Numbered from the stretch's first letter, positions 1-13,700 are shown. The stretch: DNA of 64,000 bases from Macrostomum lignano (GCA_002269645.1 NIVC01003015.1:61257-125256); one strand, 5' to 3'. Notes: generated from the sequence alone by a model not told the origin. Numbers and translations are program-made.

Positions 1-169
1 TGGCTGCTTGCCTACTCGTTGGCTGCGGGTCGACTGTCGCCTTGATTCACAGCGGTGCCCATAGCCTTCCTCCAGTGACCAACTAGCTCTGACAACTCAA
101 TCCGGCCCACGGATCCTTTGAAACTTCACAATAGCAATCCGGCCTGTACAAGGCTTGTGCCTATTCTCA

Positions 170-780
170 GCTCTCTTCTCTCCCTCTCCTTATCTTTTCA
201 TTCCCCTTTCCCCCTCCTTTCATCTCTCATCTCATCTATCCTCCTATCTCCTCTCTCTTTTTCTCTCTTTATACCTTCCCTCATTTATCTTTTAACTCTT
301 CTCTTACACCTCCCCCTCATCTCCTCTTTCACCTGTCATCTTCTCTCTCAACTCTCCTCTGATTTCCTCTCCCACGTCTCTCCTCATCTCTCTCACCTCC
401 TCTTTCACCTCTCTCCTCTGCATCTCTCTCACCTCATCTCACGTCTCTCCTCATCTCCTCTTTCACCTCTCTCCTCATCTCACATCTCCCCTCATCTCCT
501 CTTTCACCTCTCTCCTCATCTCTTTCACCTCTCATCTCTCTCAACTCTCTCCTCTGATTTCCTCTCTCACGTCTCTCCTCATCTCCTCTCTCACCTCCTC
601 TTTCACCTCTCTCCTCTGCATCTCCCTCACCTCCTCTTTCACCCTCTCTCCTCATCTCCTCTCTCACCTCCTCTTTCACCCTCTCTCCTCATCTCCTCTC
701 TCACCTCCTCTTTCACCCTCTCCTCATCTTCTCTCTCACCTACCTTCATCTCTCACGCTCCACTCATCTCTCTGACCTAG
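170..780. repeat. CT-rich low-complexity tandem array
   Basis: ctctctcctcatctc-type degenerate repeats; explains ORFs 118..780 and 434..679. Confidence 0.9.
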
Positions 781-1589
781 TTTCTGGCCCTTTTAAGTAA
801 AACATTTCCCGACCCTTGTTGTACAGCAAAAGGAAACCGGACGAACTGAAATCTACTTGCTTGCCTCAGGTGGACCTACCAGAGATCGATCTGTAGAAGA
901 ACTACATACCGTAGTTGTCTAATTTGTAATTTGGGAAGTCCAGAAAGCTCTGATTGAAATTTGCATGATTTGTGAATGTAGCGTTGAACTCAACTTTAGT
1001 TGTACAAAAAACAAGGTAGATAAAACAAAGTATTTTCTTCAAAGTTACCGAAAATTCCTAGTCAAAAAAGAGAGAAAAAAGTCAGGTAAATGAAGTGATT
1101 GCAGTTTTAATTGAAGTTTTTAACAAACTCAAAATAATTCGACACGTGACAATATCCGAGAAAAGAAAATTTGTCTAATCTACCACTGCAAGTAGAAAAG
1201 CAAACAAAGTTAATAAAGTAATAAAGTAGAAATGGAAATATGGAAGCATTTGAATGCATTGCATTAAGGATACTTTATAATAAATCATGGAAGACTATGA
1301 GATTAATATTTTCATAATCCAGAATTGCTCTTCATACTTTGGCAAAAGGCCGTATGAAGTGCTTTTGCTTAAAAGTAGTAAAGCCGTTTAAAAATAATAA
1401 ATATTTAGAAGTGACATCTTAAAAAGGCAAGCCTATTAGCAGTAAATAAAACGGATAAAAAGGCACTTCAACCAACAATATTGAATCATTAACATAAAAC
1501 TGGTACTCTAGGCCTATTTTATAATAGAAAGCTTATATTTAAGCCAAGATTGTCAGAAATTAAACTGGAATTCTCACGAACTAAATACT

Positions 1590-1980
1590 GGGATATTAGC
1601 CCATAAAATGGGGATGATTAGACTAATAAATTTAGAATACTTCGTATTAATAACTAGTTGAAATTAATAAGATTCTAATAATGGCCATAGATTGGGATTA
1701 TTAGACCATAAATTTGAACTATTAAGCCATTAATTTGGGTTATTAGGCCATAAATTTGGGTTATTAGGCCATATAAATTTTGGTTATTAGGCCATATAAA
1801 TTTGGGTTATTAGGCAAAAAAATAGATTATTAGGCCATAAATTTGGGTTATTAGGCCATAAATTCAGATTATAAGATCATAAATTGGGACTTTTAGGACA
1901 CAAATTTGGGTTATTATGCCATAAAATTGGGTTATTAGGCCATAAATTGGTATTATTAGGACCTTAAAATTGGTATTATT
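1590..1980. repeat. 21-bp AT-rich minisatellite in a predicted ICMT 3'UTR intron
   Basis: Unit ttattaggccataaatttggg; bracketed on the minus strand by GTAAGT (2041) and CCAG (1565). Confidence 0.85.
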
Positions 1981-2078
1981 AGGGCCTTTAAACTGGGATG
2001 TTTCATCTAGTAAATGGGAAAATAATAAAGAGGAGACTTACCGGTTGTATGAAAATAGGATTAACCCCCCCCCCCAGG

Positions 2079-5000
2079 CTAAATGTTCGCTAGTTCAAAT
2101 CGTACAGGCCGCACAGACTCGTCATCCGTCATCCCGTCGGCGTCGCCGTCGCAGGCGGAGTCGGCATCGGCGTAGCCCCGAACGAACGGCACGCCCGACC
2201 AGACCCGACGCCGGTAGCGAACATACTCCCGACCGAAGAAGGCCACCAACAGTCGCTCCTCGTCTCGTATTCGCCGATTAAAGAATGCCCAGCTAGCCGC
2301 CGCGTAGGCAACTAAAGAGACGGGGTTGCATAGCAACAGCTGGGTGCCGCAGGCCCATAGCAACCAGCCTAGATAGGCCGGATGCCTGGCCAAGCTGTAG
2401 ACGCCTCGCCTAACAAGCTCGTGCTCCGGTCGCTTGCGCCATTCGATTGCGTGATTGAAATTGGCACCAGCCGTCAGCATGGCCGATTTCCGTATCGCCT
2501 CGCCGGCTGAGCACAGGGCCGCGCCGAGGGCGACCGCGCCCGGGCAGGCCTGCAAACATTTTAAAGCCATCCACTGCATCAGGCGCTTCTTCTTTCTAGG
2601 AATCAAGTACTTTTCCCGCGACGCACTTCTAGCCCGGATGAGTAGTTCTTGGAGTATTTTATCTCCATCTAAAGAATCTTTAAGCATTTGGGAACATAGA
2701 TTTCAATGTACTAATGGATGCAATGTACATTTCATTGTACATATCGAATGTACATCTCACTGTACATGTGATGTATATCTCGCTGTATATATGGAATGCA
2801 CATCTCACTGTACATATGGAATGCACATCTCACTGTACATATGGAATGCAAATCTCACTGTACATATGGAATGCACATCTCACTGTACATATGGAATGCA
2901 CATCTCACTGTACATATGGAATGCAAATCTCACTGTACATATGAAATGCACATCTCACTGTACATATGGAATGTACATCTCACTGTACATATGGAATGTA
3001 CATCTTACTGTACATATGGAATGTACATCTCACTATACGTATGAAATGTACATCTCACTGTACATATGGAATGTACATCTCATTATACATATGGAATATC
3101 TATCTCATACATATGGAATGTCCATCTTATTATACATATGGAATGTACATCTTACTGTATACAGGAAATTCTGCATTAGAATACATGCAAACATTCACAG
3201 GAGAGTCAAGGGGCTCAGGTCAGCTGACCTCCAAAGAAAATCAGGGGGGGTCATGACATAAACGTCCGAGAAACATGGAAAATTATACTTGAACGACTTG
3301 AAGGTGACCCAAGTGGCTCATGTATACCTAAACTGTACATGCCAGGCAAAAGTACATGAACAATTGACGACGCTCTTTCAAATCCGGAGCGATCGCGTGC
3401 TCGACGCAGAATTCCAGCCAACTAACCAGAGCGGCTACCCAATAGGCCAGGCTATTGTCCATCAAATAGGTGCCAAGCTGCAGGGCTGCTGGCGGATTGG
3501 CCAGTGCGGTGATGAAGTACTCCGACCAGTGAAAGCCGCTCAGGTAGCAGGCGTAGATGCCCACAGGCCAGCTTGGGCAGCCGGTGCTGACTGTGGCAGC
3601 CAGGCCAACGCCTGTGCCGAATACGCAGCCGAGGAAGCTGGCGCGTCTGGCGCTCTGACGCAGGTGCGCACTGCTGTGTGACCGAGGCCGGCTCGCGTCA
3701 CCGCTGCAGGTTTGGAAACATTATTTTCTTTTAAATATGAGGATTGTTAGGAGTTCGCATTGACTAAGCGATATTCTTACAGGACTTGAATCAGGGAAGT
3801 AGTGAGATTATCATAGTCTAGAGTGAGATTATTAAAGGATAGAGTGAGATTACTACTCGTATAGGATAGTGAGATTATGACAGGATAGAGTGAGATTATT
3901 ATAGGATGGAGTGAGATTATTATAGAATAGAGTGAGATTATTATAGGATGGAGTGAGATTATTATAGAATAGAGTGAGATTATTATAGGATGGAGTGAGA
4001 TTATTATAGAATAGAGTGAGATTATTATAGGATGGAGTGAGATACAGTGGACACAGTGGGATACAGTGAGAATGTGTGAGATTACTATAGAATAGAGTGA
4101 TATTTTATAGGATAGAATTAGATTACTATAGGATAGTGAGATTATCATAGGATAGAGTGAAATTATTATAGGATATAGTGAGATTACTATAGGATAGTGA
4201 GATTATCATAGGATAGAATGAAATTATTATAGGATATAGTGAGATTACTATAGGATAGTGAGACTATTAAAAATAGAGTGAGATTATTAAATGATTAAGT
4301 GGCATTACTATAGGAAAGAGTGAGATTAATATAGGATAGGATGGGACTATCATTAGGATAGTTGGAGTGTATGTAATGGATAGAGTGAGATAATTATTGA
4401 AGAGATTTGAAGATTATTAACACAGCAGACTAAAAATATACAAAAATATACAAATACGGAGACAATTTAAGAAAGCCTCAAATGCCATAACCCGGACCCA
4501 GTGCCCGACTCACAGATCAGCGCGCAGAGCCAGCGGCAGCAGCAGCAGGCAAGCCAGCGGTCCAGCACAGCAGCCAGTCAGAGTCGGCGGCAGCCAGCAG
4601 GGGAGGCAGCCAGTCGGCGATGGCCAGACTCGGTCAGGCAGCAGCAGGCAGCCGGCCAGGCAGGCAGTCAGGCCCAGTAGGAAGGCGCGCAGCGAGACGC
4701 TGGCGCAACCGGTAGGAACGGCGGGTCGGGGGGCGCCAACACCGAGTGGGCTGGCTGCCTCTGGCGGCTGGAGTTGCGAGGAACCTAGCTCAGCTTTGGG
4801 TAGCAACCGGATGAGGTACTTGGGCAGCAACTAGCTGAGGTACTTGGCTAGCAACCGAATGAGGTGTTTGGGTAGCAACCGGATGAGGTGCTTGGGTAGC
4901 AACCGGATGAGTTACTTGGGTAGCAACCGGATGAGGTGCTTGGGTAGCAACCGGATGAGTTACTTGGGTAGCAACCGGATGAGTTACTTGGGTAGCAACC

Positions 5001-5256
5001 GGATGAGTTACTTGGGTAGCAACCGGATGAGTTACTTGGCTAGCAACCGGATGAGGTACTTGGCTAGCAACCGGATGAGTTACTTGGGTAGCAACCGGAT
5101 GAGTTACTTGGCTAGCAACCGGATGAGTTAATTGGCTAGCAACCGGATGAGTTAATTGGGTAGCAACTAGCTGAGGTACTTGGATAGCAACCGGATGACG
5201 TAAAAATATCTGAATCATCTGGACATGGTATTCGTGAGATCCCTTACAGTAAACAT
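2079..5256 (-). CDS. ICMT: Protein-S-isoprenylcysteine O-methyltransferase, 4 exons: 5248-5256, 4514-4767, 3376-3703, 2079-2549 (~353 aa)
   Basis: Spliced translation gives SLRAFLLG, RASFLGCVFG, FHWSEY, SWLEF, GEAIRKSAMLTAGANFNH, LVRRGVYSLARHPAYLGW, GTQLLLCNP and EERLLVAFFGREY, all matching ICMT/STE14 motifs. Exon phases are consistent. The donor after exon 3 is uncertain (3376 by homology, 3334 if canonical GT). Confidence 0.9.
2710..3165. repeat. 25-bp minisatellite (ICMT intron)
   Basis: Unit catctcactgtacatatggaatgca; period 25. Confidence 0.9.
3790..4400. repeat. 21-bp minisatellite (ICMT intron)
   Basis: Unit gagtgagattattataggatg, degenerating rightwards. Confidence 0.9.
4797..5200. 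repeat. 24-bp minisatellite (ICMT intron 1)
   Basis: Unit ggtagcaaccggatgagttacttg; period 24. Confidence 0.9.
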
Positions 5257-6019
5257 CTGGCGTTATAAGCAAAAAATCACAAAGTGCAATGATAGCAGTG
5301 CATTTCAAATTAGAATTCAACAAAAATTCCGCAACGTACGAGTATGTAAAGCGCAAGTTGTTGAGCACTTTTTAAGGTTTCAATATTCAAAAGTCGTCAT
5401 TGCAAAAAATACGAGCATAGCAACGAAGCGCTGATTAGTTGAAGTTGTTTATTTTTCTTTCAATGCTACAGAGTGGAGGTGCCTGAGGTGCCCTCAATGC
5501 AGGTGATTTTGATCAATATAGTCCATTCAATTGACTACGCAATACAAATTAAAAAATCGATAAATACCATTCCAAGTGTATATGGGAGAAAGCTCACTAA
5601 ACTCATAACAGTTTCTTGGAAATAATGGGCATCGGTCTTTCTTAGAAATCTACTTTTTATTTGAAAAACTTCACTAGCTAGCTACAGATAACAACTAAAT
5701 GGATTAATGACAAAATATAATAGCGGCAGGTGGCAAGAGTTGATAGAAATAAAAGTAAATAATCTGTTAAATTTATTCAGATAATAAACACCAAGTGCCC
5801 TATAATAAGAATAATATGATTAGAAATGAGAAACAAAATCCAGGTTTAATGAAAGAAAAACAAATAGGAAAAGATCAAGCTTGTCGGAAAAGTCTGTCAC
5901 TATTAGGTCAGCCTCCGCGCTGCATCTGCCTGTCGATGCCCCCTGCAGCTGAGTCCAGTTAAGCCAAGTCACAATTAGGCGGCGTGAAAACCTGCCTTGG
6001 CAATTCTCATCCAGGGGGT

Positions 6020-6690
6020 GAAAATGGGAAGGGAGAGAATAAGAATGGAAGCGGGAGAGAGGGAAAATGAAAAGGGAGAGAATGAGAATGGAAGCGGGAG
6101 AGAGGGAAAATGAAAAGGGAGAGAATGAGAATGGAAGCGGGAGAGAGGGAAAATGAAAAGGGGAGATAATGAGAATGGAAGCGGGAGAGAGGGAAAATGA
6201 AAAGGTAGAGAATGAGAATGGAAGCGGGAGAGAGGGAAAATGAAAAGGGAGAGAATGAGAATGGAAGCGGGAGAGAGGGAAAATGAAAAGGGAGAGAATG
6301 AGAATGGAAGCGGGAGAGAGGGAAAATGAGAAGGGAAGAGAATGAGAATGGAAGCGGGAGAGAGGGAAAATGAAAAGGGGAGATAATGAGAATGGAAGCG
6401 GGAGAGAGGGAAAATGAAAAGGGGAGATAATGAGAATGGAAGCGGGAGAGAGGGAAAATGAGAAGGGGAGATAATGAGAATGGAAGCGGGAGAGAGGGAA
6501 AATGAAAAGGGGAGATAATGAGAATGGAAGCGGGAGAGAGGGAAAATGAAAAGGGGAGATAATGAGAATGGAAGCGGGAGAGAGGGAAAATGAGAAGGGA
6601 GATAATGAGAATGGAAGCGGGAGAGAGGGAAATAAGAAGGGAGAATGAGAATGATGGAAGTGGGATCCCGGGAGAGAGGTAAAATGAGAG
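6020..6690. repeat. 43/44-bp GA-rich minisatellite
   Basis: Unit gggaaaatgaaaagggagagaatgagaatggaagcgggagaga; explains ORFs 5820..6701 and 6007..6753. Confidence 0.9.
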
Positions 6691-6941
6691 GGGAGAGTCA
6701 AAGTGAGGAATTGTAGTCAAAATGCTAGTGGAAGCTAAGTGTGAATGATTCAAACCCTCAGTACTGACTTCATTGGATCAGAGTTCTAAACAATCTAAAA
6801 TTAAGAGAACAGTTACTATACTATACTATACATCTACACTAAGGACACAACAAGTCGAGCGTTATTTGCACAAGGGAAGGGCCAGCTAGTAACACGAGCA
6901 AGCAAAACGCTCCATCATAGTCACACTGAATTCAGTTGAAC

Positions 6942-8347
6942 CTACAGCGGCTCAGGCAGAAGCTTCTCAATATTATCCTCGCAGATAACTAGGAACCGCT
7001 CTGTCGCACGCGAGAACATGTACACATCGGCCGAGTCCACGTCGAACCACATCGCGCTTAGCCGAACCCGCCGCTGCAGGAGACGCTCGCTTAGAAATGG
7101 ATAAGTGGTCAGATTGATCATCTGCTGCAGGCAGTGCACCTGGGACAGCTGATCGTGCGGCTGGTAGCGCTTATCCGGATCGATGTGAGCTGAGATCGAC
7201 TGGCCTTCGATTGGCGAGCGAAACTTCATTGGCTGAGCGTCCCTCTCGGCCAGGTAGTGCTTTAGTGAGCTTCGGCCATACTTTCGAACCCATTCGGACA
7301 GCGCGTCCGGCCTCTGAGTGTCGATTGTGTCGCGCAGCTTCCAGAGCAAAGCCATCGCTTTGCAGTCGGAGTGGCCGCAGATGATCACATCCTTGATGTC
7401 GTTGTGAATGCAGCCGAGTTCAACGCCTGCGGCGGTGGCGCCTCGGCCCAGTTCGTCTGGCGGGGCCATGTTGCCGGCGTTACGCATCACGTACATGTCG
7501 CCGGCTTTGGTCAGGGTGAAATCATTCGGGAATAGGCGGGCGTCCATGCAGGAGATGAATACGGCCGAAGGCTTAGGGGTGGAGAAATTAGGAGAAATTA
7601 GTACTCTCTGAATCCAATAGTTACTAAGGCCTAGCTAGTAAAGACAGATAGTCAAGTGTTTTTTCTTAAGCATATCCTTATTTAATTTAAATAACTATAA
7701 TAAATATTAATTGTAGCTGAAATCACTATAGATAAACTAAACATGTAGACAAAACTTTGATATAAAAAACCTATTCAAATATAAATTACTTCATTGATAA
7801 TTTTTAGTTGCAAGCAATTTAAAGTCTAGTACTCTACTGCTGCAAGCATATATCATAACAAATTAGATTAAGGTAATATTCTAAGCCCAAAAATTCAAGA
7901 GCACTAGTAGTGACAAGAATTCAAAATAGCCAAGAAATGTTTACATTGAAAAAATCAAAATTTAAGAAAGAACTCTAAACCACAAGATCAAGTCAGCTCC
8001 AAACCTGTTTATCAGGTACTCTTGTTAAGCCATACAAAGCCAATTTTAGACTAGAGTTTAAAACCAGCATATTACTAAGTAGGCTAGCAGTAATCAGGTG
8101 GCTATTAATTTATTTTAGTATCAGATAAGTGTATATTGCTAATTAATGTAATTTTACTATCAATTCTGCGTGATAGCACATAAGGAATAATGATTTTTTC
8201 AGCCATGTATAAAAACAAAATTATGTAGGCGTAGCAAAGTTTTCTTACATTTGGATGGGATTTGATATCCCGAAGTTCATACTGGAAGAGCTTCTGAACA
8301 CTGTGTCTGTAGTTTAAAACACCTCTGAGAATTCGTTCGACACCCAT
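6942..8347 (-). CDS. Beta-class carbonic anhydrase, 2 exons: 8249-8347, 6942-7571 (242 aa)
   Basis: Exon 1 MGVERILRGVLNYRH...SHPN (donor GTAAGA) joins exon 2 PSAVFISCMDAR...RNAGN...CGHSDCKAM in phase 0. Zn ligands CxDxR and HxxC are intact. The N-terminus resembles invertebrate beta-CAs. Confidence 0.93.
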
Positions 8348-9336
8348 ATAGTTTGTCAAAGTAACTAAGTTAGAGTATTTTAACCTTTCTGGATAGTTGG
8401 TCAGTTGCTTCAGTCTAGTTTTCTAATTTTCGACGTGCTTATTATTAAAGTTGCATAAAAATTATACTTGATTTTTGTCAAAATTAAAATTTCAGGTAAC
8501 TCTTTAACCGAATCAAACAAAAAAGGTTTTAAAATTTTGTTTGCAACAAGAAAAGAGTGAATTTAATACAAAAAATAATATTGAAAGTCAAAATTTTTAG
8601 CCTTTAGAGTTTAAAAAATATCTTTAGTATTGTTTATTTTGCTTGGGAAAATTTGATTAGTAAGAAGTTAGCATTTTATTTTTGTGAATCCAAAATGCGT
8701 TGAAATCTTTGCATTTACACTTTGTCTTCTTAATATTTTAACTTCTTAAAATAAATGTGATTCGGCATGCTCAGAATTTTGAAATGTAGTGTAGTTAATC
8801 AATTAGGGGAATATTTAATATCATGTACGCAAAATACTATGACTATGTCTAACTGACTAACTCTAACCATACCATCGCTAGAGTAAAATTAAAGTCAAAA
8901 TCTTGAATAGTTGAGTCTGAATGAGTTTTTTGTCATTACACATTTACACATGCATAAGCCTATGAACCTGTTACATATATCATAAAAGGATAAACCAACA
9001 TATGTACCTTGTCCTTAACCTTATGTTATGCCCTAGTCTAAACCCTACAGCAACTGAGCAACCCTACTTGCTACTCCCCAACCCAAGGCCAGGTGGACCA
9101 TTGGATCTCACACTAGAAGTGTATTGGCCCTTTTTATCATGTTAATTAAGGCTATTTTTAAAATGTTCAAAATAAGATTGATTTATCAAAATATTAATCT
9201 AAAATTAATCTAATGTGCTAAAATAAAATCCTTGATGTCGTACATCAACATGATGTCGTAACTTGATGTTGTACATGATGTCGTACAATTTCATACATAT
9301 ATCATAAATATCTTGCATTTTGAAAAGTAGTATCTT

Positions 9337-9523
9337 CAGTGGCATAGCCAGGGGGAGGCCAAAGGGGCATGCCCCCCCCCAAAAAAAAATTTACCCCCTC
9401 CAAAATTCTAGAGAAAAAATTGCCACTCACCCTGAAATTGTGAAAAAACACCACCCTCTTATATTCCCTCCTCTGGATGCTAAATTCCCCCCCCCCAAAA
9501 AAAAATTTCTGCCTGTGCCAGTA
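9337..9523. mobile_element. Putative ~187-bp MITE
   Basis: Imperfect TIR cagtggcatag / ctgtgccagta. Flanks agtatctt and agcatctt (8 bp, 1 mismatch) could be a TSD. Internal G/C homopolymers sit in otherwise AT-rich DNA. Confidence 0.45.
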
Positions 9524-10782
9524 AGCATCTTTAATTGAAGCTCTTTGGACTAGAGCTATTAACTCATAAGCTTTTCTAAGCTACCTTAGTATTTAATAAT
9601 AAGATCTTATTAATAATATTTAGAGACTAACTAAAATTAATTATTAATGATAATTATTAGAAACTTATTAGTAGGCCTAATTAAATATGTTTAATACTAA
9701 GAATAATAAGAACTGGCTAAAATTGCCATTGTAAGAAAAAGTGACTGCCATAGACAAAAGGCTTATTTTTTTATTGATTTATTAAGTTGTAACAATTTTT
9801 ATTATTGTTACTTGTGAACAGAAGCACCAATAAAAAAAGAGCTGCTAGAAACAAAACTTGTAAATGTTGACTATTAGCAGGTGTGCTAAAAAGTAGGAGC
9901 AGGCAGTTTTGTACATTTTTAGATTAAAATTTGACCATTTTTGCAACATTTGTTATATATATAGTCATAAAAGAATCATGTATATATAAATATTAGTCTC
10001 CAGTATGTCCTACTTATAAATAGGCCTAGCTACAAAACAACAGTAGAGTTCCACCATGGCTACAAATATAGAGCTTTTTTATAGAACATAGATATGGTTA
10101 TAGGAATGTATATTTCTATATTTGTTTTCCATATTTTTCAAGGATAAATTTCAAGTCTCTAGGGTTAGAGACTCAAATATATAGCAGAGACTTTCATTGC
10201 TATATATACATTGTATAGTTGGGATGATAAGAATTAAAATAAAGATGAATATTTTCATTTTTAATGTATAAGTCCCTTAAGGTTGGTGACTTAAAGATCA
10301 TATATTTTTTATGCCAATATGCACATTGTATGGCTGAGATAATGTTGGCTAAAGTTAGTATGACTATATGTAATACTCAGTGATAAGTTAAACTATTGTT
10401 GTCAATCTATTATTTCATCACTATATAATATTAGTTAGAAATATGAGACTTTAATGGTAGAACTACGCTCATATTTACATTAAAGTTACAATTGTTAAAA
10501 GTTATAGGAAGTTACAGTCTTACAAAAACTATTAGTTTTAGATTTGGATATGGATAGGCTATGGGGAAAGTTTAAACTGGGCTATGGATATAGTTATCAA
10601 GGAAAATTTTGGTTACAGTAGAACTCTAAAATATTGGTCATGATTTAATTTTGTTTTTAAATTTTGTATGCTTTTTTAGTTTCAAAGATTTCTTAAAACT
10701 TAGTACTTTGATATAATTAAATATTTAGTATACTAAATTTATATTCTTTTGATTTCAGTTGTACAGTTGTCAAATTGAATTC

Positions 10783-13700
10783 ATGGACACTTCAATACAG
10801 CTAGCAGGTCTTGCTGTTGCACCAGGTATGTTTGTAGTTATTTGTATTTTGCATTTGTTTTATTTTTAAGTTCTTATTTTATTTTGATTTAAACTTACTG
10901 AAGCACAGTGAGAATAGATACCTGCTAAAGCACAATAAGAAGAGATACCCACTGAAGCACAGTCAGACTAGATCCCCACAGAAGCATAGTAAGAATAGAT
11001 GTAACCCACTAAAGCACAGTGAGAATAGATACCCACGGAAGCATAGTAAGAATAGATACCCACGGAAGCATAGGAAGAATAGATACCCACGGAAGCATAG
11101 TAAGAATAGATGTAACCCACTAAAGCACAGTGAGAATAGATACCCACTGAAGCATAGTAAGAATAGATGTAACCCACTAAAGCACAGTAAGAATAGATAT
11201 CCACTGAAGCACGGTGAGAATAAATACCCACTGAAGCACAGTGAGAATAGATACCCACTGAAGCATAGTGAGAATAGATACCAACTGAAGCACAGTACGA
11301 ATAAATACCCACTGAAGCACAGTGAGAATAGATACCCACTGAAGCATAGTAAGAATAGATACCCACTGAAGCACAGTGAGAATAAATACCCACTGAAGCA
11401 CAGTACGAATAAATACCCACTGAAGCACAGTGAGAATATATACCCACTGAAGCACAGTGAGAATAAATACCCACTGAAGCACAGTGAGAATAGATACCCA
11501 CTGAAGCATAGTAAGAATAGATACCAACTGAAGCACAGTGAGAATAAATACCCACTGAAGCACAGTACGAATAAATACCCACTGAAGCACAGTGAGAATA
11601 AATACCCACTGAAGCACAGTACGAATAAATACCCACTGAAGCACAGTGAGAATAAATACCCACTGAAGCACAGTACGAATAAATACCCACTGAAGCACAG
11701 TGAGAATAAATACCCACTGAATCACAGTACGAATAGATACCCACTGAAGCACAGTGAGAATAAATACCCACTGAAGCACAGTACGAATAAATACCCACTG
11801 AAGCACAGTGAGAATAGATGCCCATTGAAGCATGCAAATAAGAATGGCAGGCATCAGTTATCCATCAGCATCTGTCGCTTCATCTCATTAAGGCGACAGA
11901 ATCTGCCGCGCCGATGACGCAATCATTGCGGGCCAGGGCACGCACGAATATCAAAATTGGATTCACTCCAGCCTGCTTGGCAGAGTTCAAATGGAACGAG
12001 ATGGAGCGGCTGCTTCAGCGGACGGTGAGCAACATGAGACCGAGACGGCCTCTGGAAAAGTAAGATAGGCTTGTTTTGCCTGACTTTTATAATTTTGAAT
12101 TTCTATTCGGGTTTCTTTCTGTTATTGCTTCCAGGCCATTGTGAGAGTGGAGTCGCACAATCGCACATTCCCGTCATCCATGATCGACGCTATTGTTGTC
12201 GCTCAGGTGAGGCAATGTGTGTTTCGTGAATTGGCTTGCTTTATAGACTTCAGTTTTGAGGGATTGACAAGATTTATATAAGTTAAATACGCTCTGAAAC
12301 AGACAGACAGACAGACAATAAGGCAGACATACAGACAGACAGACACTAAGGCAGGCAAGCAGACAGGCAGACACTAAGCCATACGGACAGACGGACTGAC
12401 AGACAGACAATAAGGCAGGCAAGCAGACAGGCAGACACTAAGCCATACGGACAGACAGACACTAAGGCAGAAGGACTGACAGACAGACACTAAGCCATAC
12501 GGACAGACAGATAGACACTAAGGCAGGCAAGCAGACAGGCAGACACTAAGGCAGACGGACAGACAGACACTAAGCCATACGGACAGACGGACTGACAGAC
12601 AGACAATAAGGCAGGCAAGCAGACAGGCAGACACTAAGCCATACGGACAGACAGACACTAAGGCAGAAGGACTGACAGACAGACACTAAGCCATACGGAC
12701 AGACAGATAGACACTAAGGCAGGCAAGCAGACAGGCAGACACTAAGGCAGACGGACAGACAGACACTAAGGCAGACGGACAGACAGACAGACATACACTA
12801 AGGCAGACGGACAGACAGACAGACAGACAGACACTGTCAAGTCGCGCCCAGAAAACGATGACAAGGCCGCCCGTGGGCTTGATTTGAGTCAAGTACGAAG
12901 TTGTGTATTTGAGACGAGCGAAATATTGCAATAAACGTGAGATACGAGGTGGTAGGTGGCGAGACCAATATATAGGCTTAAAAGACAAAAAAGTAAGTGG
13001 GCTTAAAGCTCAGCATCGATCACTACTGAATATTATCATGTCAAGGGGAGAGAGGGAAAGTACGCAGAGCAGCGTACACCGGAGTAGGCCGGTTTGGTTA
13101 GTTAGGCTGGCTGGCTAGTTAGAGTTACTCATTATTGGACTCAGGTGAGTCAGGTGCAGTGTAGTACATCAAAACACGCCCGGCACCTCAGACACTAAGG
13201 CAGACGGACAGACAGACAGACACTAAGGCAGCCGGACAGACAGACAGACACTAAGGCAGACGGACAGACAGACAGACACTAAGGCAGCCGGACAGACAGA
13301 CAGACACTAAGGCAGCCGGACAGACAGACAGACACTAAGGCAGACATACAGACACTAAGGCAGACAGACAGACACTAAGGCAGACAGACAGACAGACAGA
13401 CACTAAGGCAGACAGACAGACAGACAGACAGACACTAAGGCAGACAGACAGACAGACAGACACTAAGGCAGACAGACAGACAGACATACAGACACTAAGG
13501 CAGACAGACAGACACTAAGGCAGACAGACAGACAGACAGACAGACACTAAGGCAGACAGACAGACAGACACTAAGGCAGACGGACTGACAGGCAGACGGA
13601 CAGACAGACAGACACTAAGGCAGACAGACAGTATTGCAGGAACTGTAAAACGCCCGCGAAACGCAGCAAGTGCATTAATTAAACACGCCGAGTCACTCCA

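Noticed and set aside
1-900. Possible exon fragments of a neighbouring gene (1-95; cag|VDLPEIDL* at ~870)
   Set aside because: No recognisable homology, and strand and frame cannot be fixed at the window edge.
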